DNA of 58,355 nucleotides, counting the filler, from Jimgerdemannia flammicorona (lineage: Eukaryota), in the NCBI GenBank assembly GCA_003990765.1. It is 2 parts of 2 records of this genome, joined end to end, with 100 filler letters (N's around TTAATTAATTAA, not from the genome) between each part and the next. Parts side by side here need not be neighbours in the genome. Positions count along the whole stretch, not along the records: positions 1 to 29,128 come from RBNJ01000514.1; 1 more part is not named here. One strand, given 5' to 3'. The position numbers and the translations under genes were made by a program. Within the stretch, counting starts at the first letter, position 1. Every line of letters begins with the position of its first letter. Below the pieces are notes generated by a model, which saw only the letters and a program-made list of their open reading frames with translations, was not told the DNA's origin and ran no database searches. Of this stretch, positions 1 to 10,820 are shown one piece after another.

Positions 1-1920
1 TTCTGGGTCAAATTCTTGCTTAGTAGGGGAGGCAGAGGTCATAACCAACTGATCCTTCTGTTTGTGCAAGAGGTGGCTGTGCCCAGGGTGAAAGCAGCTT
101 GACCTGGATAATTGGTTGAGCTTTGAGAAATAGTGCTTCAGCTGTTGCCATTGTAGGTGAGAAGTCTATGCACTCCAGTTTGAAGAAAGGCCAGTGAGCT
201 CCTGTCTTTGAGTTTCTTGTGTAATTGAATCCAGTCTTTCCTAGGGGGTCCAGAGCTTCTATAAGGATGAAGGCAAGATTGATACCTTCTTTTCCTTGAT
301 GAGGGCAGCAGTACCAGCGAATGATGGCAAGAACTTCCAATGGTAGGTCCCAGATAGAGGTCTTGCTCTTGAACTTGCAATCTCCTTCATAGTTGATTTC
401 TTTGCACTTCCAACAGGCCCAGCAAATTCAAGGTTCTTGCAGGGTGGGATCCTTTCTCTTGACTCGGCTCTTGTAAATATCTTCGCTGAGGTGAATATCT
501 CGATGTTCACACCAGTAGCAGGTAAAGGTTTTTCCACAATCACAATGTCTCTTCTTGACAAAGTCTTCATTTTGCTGTTTGACCTCCCTACTGATAGGGA
601 ATCTCTTCCGATACTTGTCATAGGTGGGCTGTGTGATCTGGAGGACCCGGGTGATAGTGTAAGAGCTGTTGCTTTCTCCTTCGATGGTAAGGGACTCAAA
701 TGTTTGGCGGGCGAGGATCTTCTGTCCTTCCTTATAGGTCTTCTTGAAGGTCTTCAGGGTTGGAGGTTGTATTTGGCTGTGGGATGGTGCTTGCTTCAAT
801 TTGTCCTTGTCATCAATTTCTGGTATTAGAACCTTCTTGAGATCCAGGATTCGGCAATTGCTGCAATCATCTCTTGGTGAGTGGAAGCTGATGAAATGTT
901 CACATATATCTTGACGAAAGGCTTGCATAATCTGATTTTCTACCAGTGGTAGTGGTGGTTGAGCAGATGGTCCTGCAAACTCAGGTGCTGCCCTTGCATT
1001 AATGGCTCTATCAATGCTTTCTTCCAGGCCTTCAACACCAATAACTCCAATGAAAGAGTCTTCTTGTTCGCTTTCTTGATCCCTTGGGGCATCAAAATTA
1101 CTTCCTAGTTCTTGTAGGAAGTTGGCCTCACTTTCATCCTCAGTAGTAGTGGGGGTGTTGCCATGTCCTTGCCATTCTGTTTCTGAGGCTTGATTCGTCC
1201 TTTTAAATGATCCTTTCGAGTCAATGGGCACCTTGTGTTTCTGTCCATGAATGGAGAAGACCAGAAGTTATTTCTTGATATCTACATTGGCTCCAACTCG
1301 GCTTAACCAGTCAGTTCCCAGGATCAGGTCATAGGAGGTTTTGGGGGTCATGATGGCTTTGGGTATATTGAGGCAGGCCTTTCCGACTTGAATGGGGATG
1401 TCTCTGACAAGTCCAAGGGGTGTGGAAGCTGATCTGTCAGCCATGATAACTCTTGCTTTGGTTCCTTCATCTATTCCCCATCCAATTCACTCCAGCATTC
1501 TTTGGGTGATGATGCATACTGCTGCTCCAGTATCAACAAGAATGCTGGCATTTTCACCATGCACTTTTCCATTCGCAAGTCTTGTAGATTGATGTTCATG
1601 TTGCTGGCTCTCATGGACTGTGTGGATAGTGCTAGGTTCTTGAGTGTATAGTCCTTGGACTGGAAGTCTCTTGGTATCTTCCTTGGCTTCTTTCAGGAAT
1701 TTTCGCCTGACCTCTGGTGCATTCTTGAGGACTTGCTCAACTGTAAGACCAGCATTCTGTAGGCAGATATGTTCCCAAAGTGAGGCTGCTATATGGGGCT
1801 TGCTGCTTCTTCAGTGTCTTGGTCCCTTGGAGTGTAGTCTCTCATTCCTGATGGGCATTTCGTCAGCTGAAGATTCTATGCTCATATGCTCATCTTCTTC
1901 AAGGTCTGGCAGGGTAGAGC
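1..1920 (-). pseudogene. pol: 5' part of pol of Gypsy copy 1 (protease, Cys/His-rich insert, dUTPase N-terminus)
   Basis: Motifs DTGAAV, YDLILGTDWL, HCDCGKTFTCYWCEH, WDLPLEVLAIIRWY and GSVGYDL (dUTPase motif 1). Confidence 0.85.
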
Positions 1921-2114
1921 TGGGGGTTTGTCCTAGATGGTCCGGCCTCTAGTTCAGGAGTATCTCTTCTAACTTGCTTCTCCTGTTCTTGTGGAGTGTC
2001 TGAAGAAGAATGGCCATGTCGCGGATGCTTGCCTGTGGATATTATTACTGGCAGTTGAGGTGGGGGGTTCCTTCATGGTCTTCCTCATCCTCTGGTCTCT
2101 GCAGGGGCAGCTTC

Positions 2115-4067
2115 TCATGTCACCTTGGATGGAAAAGCCTCGAAGTATAGGTAGATGTCATCTTCTTGATCATGGAGCCAGGCTGCTTCTTCTTCCATCT
2201 CCTGAGTCTCTTTATCTATCTGAAAGAGGTTGACATTTCTGTCATTGGGCTGGGTGGATTGGTTCCTTGGACAATTCCTCTGGATGTGGCCTGGATTTCC
2301 GCAGTTGAAGCAGGTAGGACTATAGGAACCAGTCACTGATGAGACTGTAGTTGCAGCTGATAGTGCGGGAGCAGGACCTCTGTTGTCTTGTTGCTGGTAG
2401 TCTGGTCTGTTATCGTGATGGTAGTCTTGTTGTCTTCTATCTTAGTTCTTCAGCTGGGCAACCGCGATGGCCAGGTCCTTCATTTGCTTAGTGAGCATTG
2501 TCATGGGGTCTTCTTGAACTCTTGATGGTGGCTGCTGCTGTGGTTGCCTGAATGGAGTCAGATTTGTGGATACTGGTCTGTTCTCATAGTTGGCTATCTG
2601 GGCTCTGAGGAAGGCATTCTCTTGCTCCATGGTTGTTCCTCAGGTTCTTGGGGTTTCAGCTCGGATTGGCTCATGATAGCCTTATACTTGTTGTACTGGT
2701 CTATAATCTGCTTCCCAACATCCTTGTGCTCCAACAACTTGCTGTTCAATGTTTCGATATCCCATCCTAATAACTTGCCTTCAGAGTTCTGGGTATAAAC
2801 CATTGAGGAAGGTAGTTGAAGCTAGAGCCAGTTGGACTGCTGATTGAAGGTTCGTCTTGATCATTTGAGCTTGAATCCGATGGTAGAAACTCTTGGGAGT
2901 TTCATTGACAGCTTGGCTCATGTAGGTCAAAGCCTCCTGTGCTTCTTGTTGGCACTCAAATCCATTGAACTGGGCACGGAGCCAGGCTTTGTGAATCATG
3001 TACCTTGCTACATGGTTTCTATCAGGTTGAAGGCTGTCATTCAGTTCCTCTGCATGGATTCCTCCTCTGGCTTACTTGGCTTGATTATATCTCTGTAGGG
3101 CTGGTCCTCTCAGGAGTGACTCCACAATTCTGAGTTTTCTTGCAGCATCCCATTGTTTGGTGGCTGCTTGAACTTCAATTTCTCCAAAGAATTCCTCTAT
3201 GTCTTCATTGTCTGTACCATGGAACTTCTAAAGGTAGCTCATATCTGGCTCATCTTCACTATCTGAGTATTGTTTAGGGATAGGGGATCTGGTGGATCCT
3301 TGGGGTGATGGGGAAGGTGGTGGTGCTAGTACTTGATGATCTAGTGGTGCTGGCAGAGGGCAGTGTCTTGGTGAGGGTGAGGGTAATCTGGCTCTTCTAA
3401 TTAATGCTGGAGTTGAAGTCCTGGATAGTGGTAGAGATCTTCTGATAGACTGGTGATAGTGGCGAGGTGTGAGTGACTAGGGTACTGAAGTTTGAGCAAC
3501 TGATGGTGGGAGTGGACTGATATAACTGATAGTGAGTTCATCTGCCCCTTGCTGTTGTGAAGTAGTGAGGTCTTGTTCGCCTTGTTGTGGGTCAGTATCA
3601 CTGTCTAGATAATAGTATAGGTTGAATTTGTCCCTTTGATGGTCTGATCCCCAATCATCATCTTGCTCTGGTTGATATAGATAGTAGTTCTCTTCTCCTT
3701 CTGATGTTTTAAAGTATACCCGGTCTAGTGGAGTGACTCGAGTGACAACAGTAGTTATGTAGTCACTTCTGTCTGAGTTCTTTCTATGGATAAGGGTCTG
3801 ATACTCCTCAGGGATATCCTCTTCTTCTTCTTGGCCTAAGTCTTGGATCTGAAGGGGCAGTTCTGGTTGCCCTCTGAGTTGTCTCCTTTCTCTTAAAGTC
3901 AAACCATAATCTGGGTCACTTCTTTCTTCTGATTCAGTTTTCTGGCTACTGGTGTTGAGTAGAGTCCTGGCTACTGTTCTGATAAAGGTGTGGGCTTTAT
4001 TTTCTGCTGAGGAGGGCTGTTGCTGCCCCTGGTTTGGTTGCTGACTTGGTCCTGCTAAGTTCTCCAC
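2115..4067 (-). pseudogene. gag: gag of Gypsy copy 1, broken by in-frame stops
   Basis: ORFs 3477-4067, 2781-2999, 2442-2630 and 2115-2336 share one frame. Capsid-like segment (QAVNETPKSFYHRI) and CCHC knuckle are present. Confidence 0.85.
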
Positions 4068-4115
4068 TGTAGATAGCTGGGTTCTTGAGCCAAATGGTCA
4101 AGTCTTTTGAAAACT

Positions 4116-4133
4116 TTCCCAGTTGAGCCCCCA
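4116..4133 (-). promoter_or_regulatory. Primer binding site, tRNA-Pro type
   Basis: TGGGGGCTCAACTGGGAA lies 3 nt after the LTR end and resembles the classic tRNA-Pro PBS TGGGGGCTCGTCCGGGAT. Confidence 0.85.
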
Positions 4134-4899
4134 AAATGTGGCGTGCAGTTTGTATCCCTAGTTGCTTCTAGCACGGCTCAATGTGCCACTTGGTGAAGCA
4201 TGCAATGGATATGAGTGCATTTGCGACAGTTGCAGATCATTGGTCACGTGATCGGGTCATCTGAATCATACGATTATTGATAGCAGGAGTTCGATTGTTT
4301 GTTGGCTCAGAACATCGATGGCTCAATTGTTTAGTGGAAAAGGGTGGCGAATAACTTGGCGGTGATGGTCTTGATGGTCTTGCTCTTTATGCAGTCAATT
4401 AAAGTGGTCCATGGTGCAGTAGGTTGGGGAAAACAGAGGTTGATGGCTCGCTTGTCCATCTTGGTTAACTTGAAAGGTTCCTGGCAGTCGTTTGGGTCTT
4501 TGGCAGTGGTCTTGTATCCTTTGGCTGGGTAACTTGGGTTTCTTGGGTTCTTTAGCTGTGTTGCCGGGGTCTTGAATTTCGAATGGCGATCTCGAATAGT
4601 GGCGGTCAGCAGTCGGGTAATGTTTTCTTTCTTTTCATGGCAAGAGAAATTCTTTAACTCAAATCTTGAGTGATCTGTTGCTCTAGTTATTTTGTTCTCT
4701 GAATTCTGTTCTCTTGGAGGCAGTGGTTATTTCTCAAGACCAGTTGACTGAGGTTTATTCACTCTAAGAATATGGGTTATTTATACAAGTTTGCTAGCTA
4801 TGGGGGGGGGCTAAGATATACTACATTGTGGCAAACTTCACTATACTATTGGCTTGCATGATGTGAAGGGCTGACTTGCTGACATGGATGGATATGGAT

Positions 4900-5330
4900 A
4901 TGATGATTGTTGCCAGAAACAGTTGTGGAGGGTAGCAACACTGGATTCGGACTTGCTGATAAAATGCTGAAAACAGTGGCACTGGATAGCAATGCTGGAT
5001 TCGGACTTGCTGACAAAATGCTAAAAACAGTGGCACTGGATAGCAATGCTGGAAACAGTTGTGCTGGATAGCAATACTGGATTCAGACTTGCTGACAAAA
5101 CACTGAAAATGGTAGCACTGGATAGCAATGCTGGTAATGGTTGTGCTGGGTAGCAATGCTGAATTCGGACTTGCTGACAATACACTGAAAACGGTGGTAC
5201 TGGATAGCAATGCTGGATTCGGACTTGCTGACAAAATGCTGAAAACGGTGGCACTGGATAGCAATGCTGGAAATGGTTGTGCTGGGTAGCAATGCTGGAT
5301 TCGGACTTGCTGACAAAATGCTGACATGAA
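4900..5330. repeat. Tandem array of ~54-bp and ~27-bp units inside the Gypsy LTR
   Basis: Repeated GGATAGCAATGCTGGATTCGGACTTGCTGACAAAATGCTGAAAAC units. A shorter homologous array lies at ~35750-35990. Confidence 0.85.
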
Positions 5331-5365
5331 GGCTATACAATTCTTACGGCTGACAGGTGGTACTT

Positions 5366-6466
5366 CTAGAGGGAATAGTACCCTTCATCCGCGGCAGGCA
5401 AATCTTGCTGGGTTATGATTTCTTCTTCATCATATCTCTTCTCAAAAGGGGGAAGCGCCGGCCAAGAGGTGAGGGGGTAGAAAAGTGGCCAGTTATCTTC
5501 AACAATATTCTCCAACCCTTGAATAGCTTGAATGCAGACAGAGGACTGGCAGACTCTCTGTTGCTCCTCTTCTTCTTCTGAAGACTCATTAGTTTCAGTG
5601 TCAGAGGGGGTTTCTTCAGGGGCAGGGTCTTGGAGTTCTTGGGCTTCCTCTTCAAAGACAGGGACCTCTTGGGCTTCTTCTTGATTCAGTTCCCAAATGA
5701 TGAGATGTGAATTGTGGCTGGCAGGGTGGTGGGTGGTTGGGGTAGCTCCAACAGGTGCTTCTATGGTAATGGGCAGTCCTTTAAATATCTCCATAAGACT
5801 CATTAGGTGATCTTGATGGTTGTCTCGGAGTGGGGTGGTGTGGAAACCTGGCTGAGTAGGTTTGGTTTGTTGGCTTCCTACAGTGACCCAGTTGCTACCA
5901 GTAGAGTTGGCTACTTCTGATTCTATCCAGTCTGCATCTTCAGTTGAGAGATGGGCAAGACTGCCAGCCGTTACTCCTTACAAGTATACTATGGCCCAGG
6001 GGATGTGGCAGAATATCTGATGAACGCGGAGAGCTCTCTTGATCAGCTGGCTGGTGGTTATCAATTCGGTAATGAGGTCTTCTCGGTCGTCTTCTTGAGT
6101 CTCATTGCAAAGATAGTGTCTGATTTCGTAGTTATGCCAGAGGGTCATTTGTTCAGTAGTGTCTTTGAGCTATTGGGTCATTATATACCGGTAGTTGATG
6201 AAGTGTCCAAGGTCCTCGGTGTAGAAGTTCAAATGTTTGGAAGTATCTGGGTACCAGATGACCTTCTTGATAGCTTCAAAGATCAGGGTCTTTGGGCCAG
6301 GCAAAGGGGTAGAGCAGTGGGAGGTCTGGTTGGATCAGCGAATGAGAGGCATTGTGTGGTGGGTACTTGGTTCTTTGGTGCCGATTCCTGAGGCGGAGTA
6401 TGGTTCCTTAAATAATGTGGTCTTCATTTTGGCTTGGATCATCTTGTCTTCTTTTGGAATGATCAC
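5366..6466 (-). pseudogene. LTR-encoded ORF of unknown function (copy 1)
   Basis: One reading frame with three stops (TGA, TAG, TAA) that are CGA, CAG and CAA in copy 2. The C-terminal 145 aa are open in both copies. Confidence 0.7.
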
Positions 6467-7829
6467 CTAATGGATCAGGCTGTCTATTTGATTGTTATGC
6501 CATTATGTCATCTGATCTTAGCAGTCACCAGTACTCCATTGTCAATTGCGTACATCACAATATATAATACAATAGAAGTAGAATATAGAGAATAGATATA
6601 GGAGATAGATGAGATATGAGAGAGAAGTGAAATAATTGAGTATAGAGAATATATAAGTCAGATATTAGGCTTTGTCTTATATGTTAGGTTCTCGGAACTG
6701 GTAGTGTATTGGAGACAGAAATATTCATTATATATAATAGAAGCAGTAATATCAGTTTGATATCTATATGTTTACAATCTGATGAATTTGTTATGATCTT
6801 ATATTATTGATGAAATATATTGGTATTTTTATATCTAAGTATAATGTAATATATCTAAGCTCTGAAATACATTGATATAATAGATACAGAGGATATCAGA
6901 ACAAGAATATATTGAAAGCTGCCTACTCTATATAAGTAAATCAGATAGAGTATTAGAAAGAAAAAGAGCATAGAGAATATATAGTATAGAGAGATTGTTT
7001 TAGATAACAGTATATATACAACTCACTCTACATATAATTGGCATAGCCTTCAGCATCAATGACATTACAGATATTAGCAGTATATAGTTCTGATATATCA
7101 GATTAAGGTTGTATTCTACTGATCAATTTATCAAGATTCAACAGACCCAATTTTGTAGTCAATGATGATGAGCCTAGACTATACTAATGATAATGAGTCC
7201 AGTAATAATACAACCCCAGCAATGAGACAATTGGCTGACTATCTTAAGAGGTGTGTAAGCACCTGCATATAGAATTATCATTGATCTATCAAGCTTTTTT
7301 ATAGCACTTGATGGCAAATATATATATCAATTATATTTTTAACTGTTGTAATTACCGCCATTCCTTTTGCCTGGCTCCTTTCCTTTAGCCTGCCCTTCTT
7401 CTTTTATTCAGCATGCATCATTACCAAGGTTTGATTTGAACTCTGCATCTTCCTAACTGATTACTATTATGCTATATGGAAACGAATTCTCAAATATATC
7501 TCCGAAATATATTTTAACAACAGAACCAAACCCCCAGAGACAATCCTGTGACAACTGCTACCTGTAGCATCGTTCATGTCCAAGAAACTGGCAGTATTGT
7601 CAGAGAACACATGGTACTACCGAGAGTCTGGCAGATATAGTGAACACTACTGCCATAATTCGGGAGGCGACCGAAGAAGGCTTGTACACAACACACATAA
7701 AGCTCAGCCATGACATGTGGATGGCATGGGACTGACCTGGCATTTTAATTACAGATGAAGAAGAGAGACCTATGGTGGTGTTCAATAGAGTGGTAATGGT
7801 GGATGGGATGGATTTTGGACAACCTGCAG

Positions 7830-7953
7830 AAGTGATTTTGGATGAGGGCAACACTGTTGTTGATTTGGATGATGAACATGAAAATGTCGTCGATTTGGAC
7901 AGTGGGGGTGAAAATTTCGTTGATTTGGATGATGGGGGTGAAGTTGTCGATTT
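7830..7953 (+). repeat. 30-bp degenerate tandem repeat encoding (V/F)VDLD...E units
   Basis: Translation VILDEGNTVVDLDDEHENVVDLDSGGENFVDLDDGGEVVDL; GATTT recurs every 30 nt. Confidence 0.6.
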
Positions 7954-8056
7954 AATGAGCCATTCGCAGTTTCACAGTATAAAGTTGTTTATACTTAGAC
8001 ATGCATGGCTTAATCTTTGAGACAAGCATATGACTACTGGCAGGATCAACCAGGTA
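7949..8056 (-). rRNA. 18S rRNA 5'-terminal fragment (108 nt, non-functional)
   Basis: The - strand reads TACCTGGTTGATCCTGCCAGTAGTCATATGCTTGTCTCAAAGATTAAGCCATGCATGTCTAAGTATAA...GCGAATGGCTCATTAAATC, the universal eukaryotic SSU 5' end, then stops abruptly. Confidence 0.97.
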
Positions 8057-8530
8057 ACTACAAATATTCTCTCCTTTTGATGTGAAAATAAATCCCCATG
8101 AAAAATGAGCGAAAAGCGAGACATCAAGGAAAAAAATACCCGACACCTCGGCAGTTATCTAATTATTGATTGCTAATTCTTTTCTCCTTGAAAAATGAGA
8201 ATAAAAGCCGCTGTTTGCAAGGCAAATGGTTTACAAAGCCCAACTAAGGGCTGTGGAACCTTTTAGCTTCGCACACAGCAATCTTTAGGTTTTCCTAGGA
8301 AATGCCAGCCAAAAAACGAATCAAAGCTCAAAACCGAGCCAATTCTCTTTTTTGTCAGGATCCCCTTCGGAGGAAGACACCGGGCGCAGTCACAGCCAGA
8401 TTGACCGGATACCGCACTCGGCTTGCTCCCATGTGTTTATTGTGCTATCATTTGCCAAAGAGGCCAGAAATACACAGTTTTTCATTTGGGCCGTCAAGAG
8501 TATTAAAACCCGAGACCACAAGCGATCATC
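8057..8530 (-). other. Probable rDNA 5' external transcribed spacer fragment
   Basis: Directly upstream of and contiguous with the 18S 5' end, non-coding, T-rich on the - strand. The far boundary is uncertain. Confidence 0.55.
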
Positions 8531-9225
8531 AAACTAGAGCGCCCCATCACCGCGCACCGTGCATCGGAGCGTAACCACAATGGCTCCTCCTGCCATGTCT
8601 TGTCCGTTGTCCCGAGCCCCTTCACTCTGTCTTTCACATCGGTCGTGCCGCCATTCCCCCTTTCTGCGCCTCCGTGACCACGTTTCTCCTCTCTTGGCCA
8701 TTTGCTGCGCCCCCAGGAGTCACACCGCGATCCACCGTCACACCCGAGTCTCCGCCGAATCGCCGCCCTTTCAATCCAACTCCCCTTCGGCGTTACACCC
8801 CGCGCCTCGTGCCACCTCGCCCAACCTTGCATACCATCTCGATTGCCAAAAATCTCTGCCCCCATGCGCCCACCACCCATACCCCCCTGTTTCCAAGCAA
8901 ACGCGCTGCGCTTACGGCCGCCGTTCAGCACACGTCCGCCTTTACCAACCACCCTCCAGTCACTCGCCATGCTCCCCCCCCTGTTTTTCATCGCCTCCGC
9001 ATAAGTCGCCTTCGAATACCCCTTATTGCCCTCCCTCACCTCCACACGGTGTCTCGCTTCGACCTCAGCCGCCACCGCTTCCTCATACTCCGCCTCCGCC
9101 GCCACCTCCTCCGTCGCTTCCAGCACCTTCGTCGTCTCCATACTTAACTCCATAGATTTGTCCGTCGCCATTCAGAAATAAAGTCGATCGTTTTTGTGTT
9201 ACCCGAATGTTAGCGGAGAAAGCAG
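8503..9225 (-). mobile_element. 5' end of an L1-like LINE (5' UTR plus ORF1 N-terminus), 3'-truncated
   Basis: 5' motif CTGCTTTCTCCGCTAACATTCGGGTAACACAA closely matches the start of the LINE at 51017 (CACCTTTCACCAGTAACATTTGGGTGACACAA). Both ORFs start MAT. ORF1-like TYAEAMK and WRVVGK segments; G-rich coding strand. Confidence 0.65.
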
Positions 9226-9627
9226 TTCGAATAGTAGGATAGCATCAGTACTTCGCATAGCATTAGTCTCTAGTAGTAGCTCCCAAGCCGTTTTCGCGCA
9301 CCCCTCCCTCCCAACCTTGGTATGTTACGATTAAAGGTGACCTTCTTCGCCGCAGGCGAGGGCGGGCCTGGGAAGCGCGTGCTTCACCCAGCCAACTCAA
9401 CGTTTGCTTTGTTGCTCATTTTTGATGTCCCCTTCTCCTTTCCTTCTGTTTCGTTCCCCTCACTCCCGCTCGATTACTATGAGTGCGCAAAACTGAGTTC
9501 CTATTGCCTCTTTAAGTGAACTGGATTTGGTAAAGTGGCATGGAACACATACTATTCTTATTCACTCACTATCTAAACGAAGTCAAATAATATTGCATAG
9601 TCATTGTCTTATGGAGCCGCTATTCAC

Positions 9628-9782
9628 TAGGACGTGGTGATTTCGTGTACTTCTTTCCAACCTAGAACATGGTTTCACATACTCAACCTAGGACGTGTGA
9701 TGATTTCGTGTGATTTCGTGTCTCTTGGACGTGATATATTCGCGTACCCTGGACGTGGTGATTTCGACCCTAGAACGTGGTT
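9628..9782 (+). repeat. Cluster of GGACGTGGTGATTTCG-type motifs
   Basis: Motif and variants repeated about 5 times. The reverse complement is arrayed at 10641-10820. Confidence 0.7.
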
Positions 9783-9997
9783 CCCTTAGTATAATGTAAT
9801 ACAGACCTACGAGTGTCATATCAATATTTATTCAGTAGTACTTCAAACGGTTTACTTTTTATTTAGAAGTACTCTATTATTATTTAAGTTTGTCTATAAG
9901 ACGTAATAGGAACTCAGTTTTGCGCACTCATAGTATGTAGTGCGACTTTCTTTTCCTTTTTTTGGCAGTACCCATTTATGGTGCGCCCGGGGATTTT

Positions 9998-10026
9998 GTA
10001 ATAATAATAATAATAATAATAATAAT
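9998..10026 (+). repeat. (TAA)n microsatellite
   Basis: Direct observation. Confidence 0.9.
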
Positions 10027-10384
10027 ACAAAAACTCAAGGGCGATAGGCCTCAAGAATCGGCTCAAGAAATTCAACTGTCTTTGCGTTGTCACCATTATC
10101 TAAAATTCGCCAGAATGAATCGCAAAATCTCTCTGTTATCTCGTTCATTTCCAACCGCCTCTGCTCCTTGGTCTCAAACTCAGGCACTGCGGCAAACAGC
10201 CGAGTCCTTATTTACAGGGAGTGCAGTGTGAGGCAAAGTCTGAGTAAGCAAGGAAATAGAAGAAACGATTGAGAAAGAGAGAAAAAAACATTTCTGCGCC
10301 GCCTTAATGCTAGGCAGGCTGCGGCTATTGAACGGTTCTAAGTTCATATGCCTTGTGAGCCGGTGCAACTTGAGCCATGTGTAT

Positions 10385-10485
10385 CCGGCCACTTGGGTGG
10401 GTCTGTGCCGGCCACTTGGGTGGGTCTGTGCCGGCCACTTGGGTGGGTCTGTGCCGGATACTTGGGTGGCCACTTGGGTTGCCAC
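10385..10485 (+). repeat. 23-bp minisatellite (CCGGCCACTTGGGTGGGTCTGTG), ~4 units
   Basis: Direct observation. Confidence 0.9.
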
Positions 10486-10640
10486 CCCTAAATATGGCAG
10501 GATACAGTCAGAATTTGTGTAACTTCATCTAAGCGCGGAAGCGATCCTGCCTACTTGAGGCAAACTTCATCAATAATAAAAACTTAAATAAATATGGTAC
10601 AATGTTTCTGGACACAGGCATAACTTGTGCCACATAGTGC

Positions 10641-10820
10641 ATGTCCTCGCGAAATCGCGCGTCTTCACGTCCTCGCGAAATCGCACGTCTTCACGTCTTC
10701 GCGAAATCGCCACGTCCTAACATAGAAGTATGGTGTCATGAAATTGCACGTCTTCACGAAATTGCCACGTTCTCATGTCCTATATTAGAAGCATGCTGTC
10801 GTGAAATCACCACGTCCTGT
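10641..10820 (-). repeat. Cluster of CGAAATCRCCACGTCC motifs, inverted relative to 9628-9782
   Basis: About 6 degenerate copies. Confidence 0.7.

Larger units (their letters stand above)
1..6559 (-). mobile_element. Ty3/Gypsy LTR retrotransposon, copy 1 (5' LTR, PBS, gag, protease, Zn-finger insert, start of dUTPase); runs off the left edge of the window
   Basis: TGTG...CACA LTR at 4137-6559, followed by a PBS. Gag has a CCHC knuckle (CFNCGNPGHIQRNC). Protease motif ILVDTGAAV near 1520-1545. Colinear with copy 2 (29229-36949) in the opposite orientation. Confidence 0.95.
4137..6559 (-). repeat. 5' LTR of Gypsy copy 1 (~2423 bp)
   Basis: On the - strand it begins TGTGAT at 6559 and ends CCACA at 4137. 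It aligns end to end with 34535-36949 and contains a TATAAATA...AATAAA block (~4750-4790). Confidence 0.9.

Noticed and set aside
1915..1935. Programmed frameshift between gag and pol at AAACCCCC (- strand)
   Set aside because: Only one copy covers this region and the element has other random lesions, so a simple indel cannot be excluded.
4821..5340. Several overlapping 66-168 aa ORFs
   Set aside because: These arise from the stop-poor 54/27-bp LTR tandem repeat and are not conserved in copy 2.
6570..7560. AT-rich decayed region flanking Gypsy copy 1
   Set aside because: Probably a mutated TE, but no diagnostic motif was recoverable by eye.
8559..9155. Pro/Arg-rich + strand ORFs
   Set aside because: These are antisense shadows of the G-rich LINE ORF1-like frame.
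9335..9395. HDV-like ribozyme upstream of the LINE 5' end (GC-rich, GCGAA on the - strand)
   Set aside because: The P3/L3 (TCC..) and P1.1 nested pseudoknot could not be formed by eye, and the segment lies outside the inferred element start.
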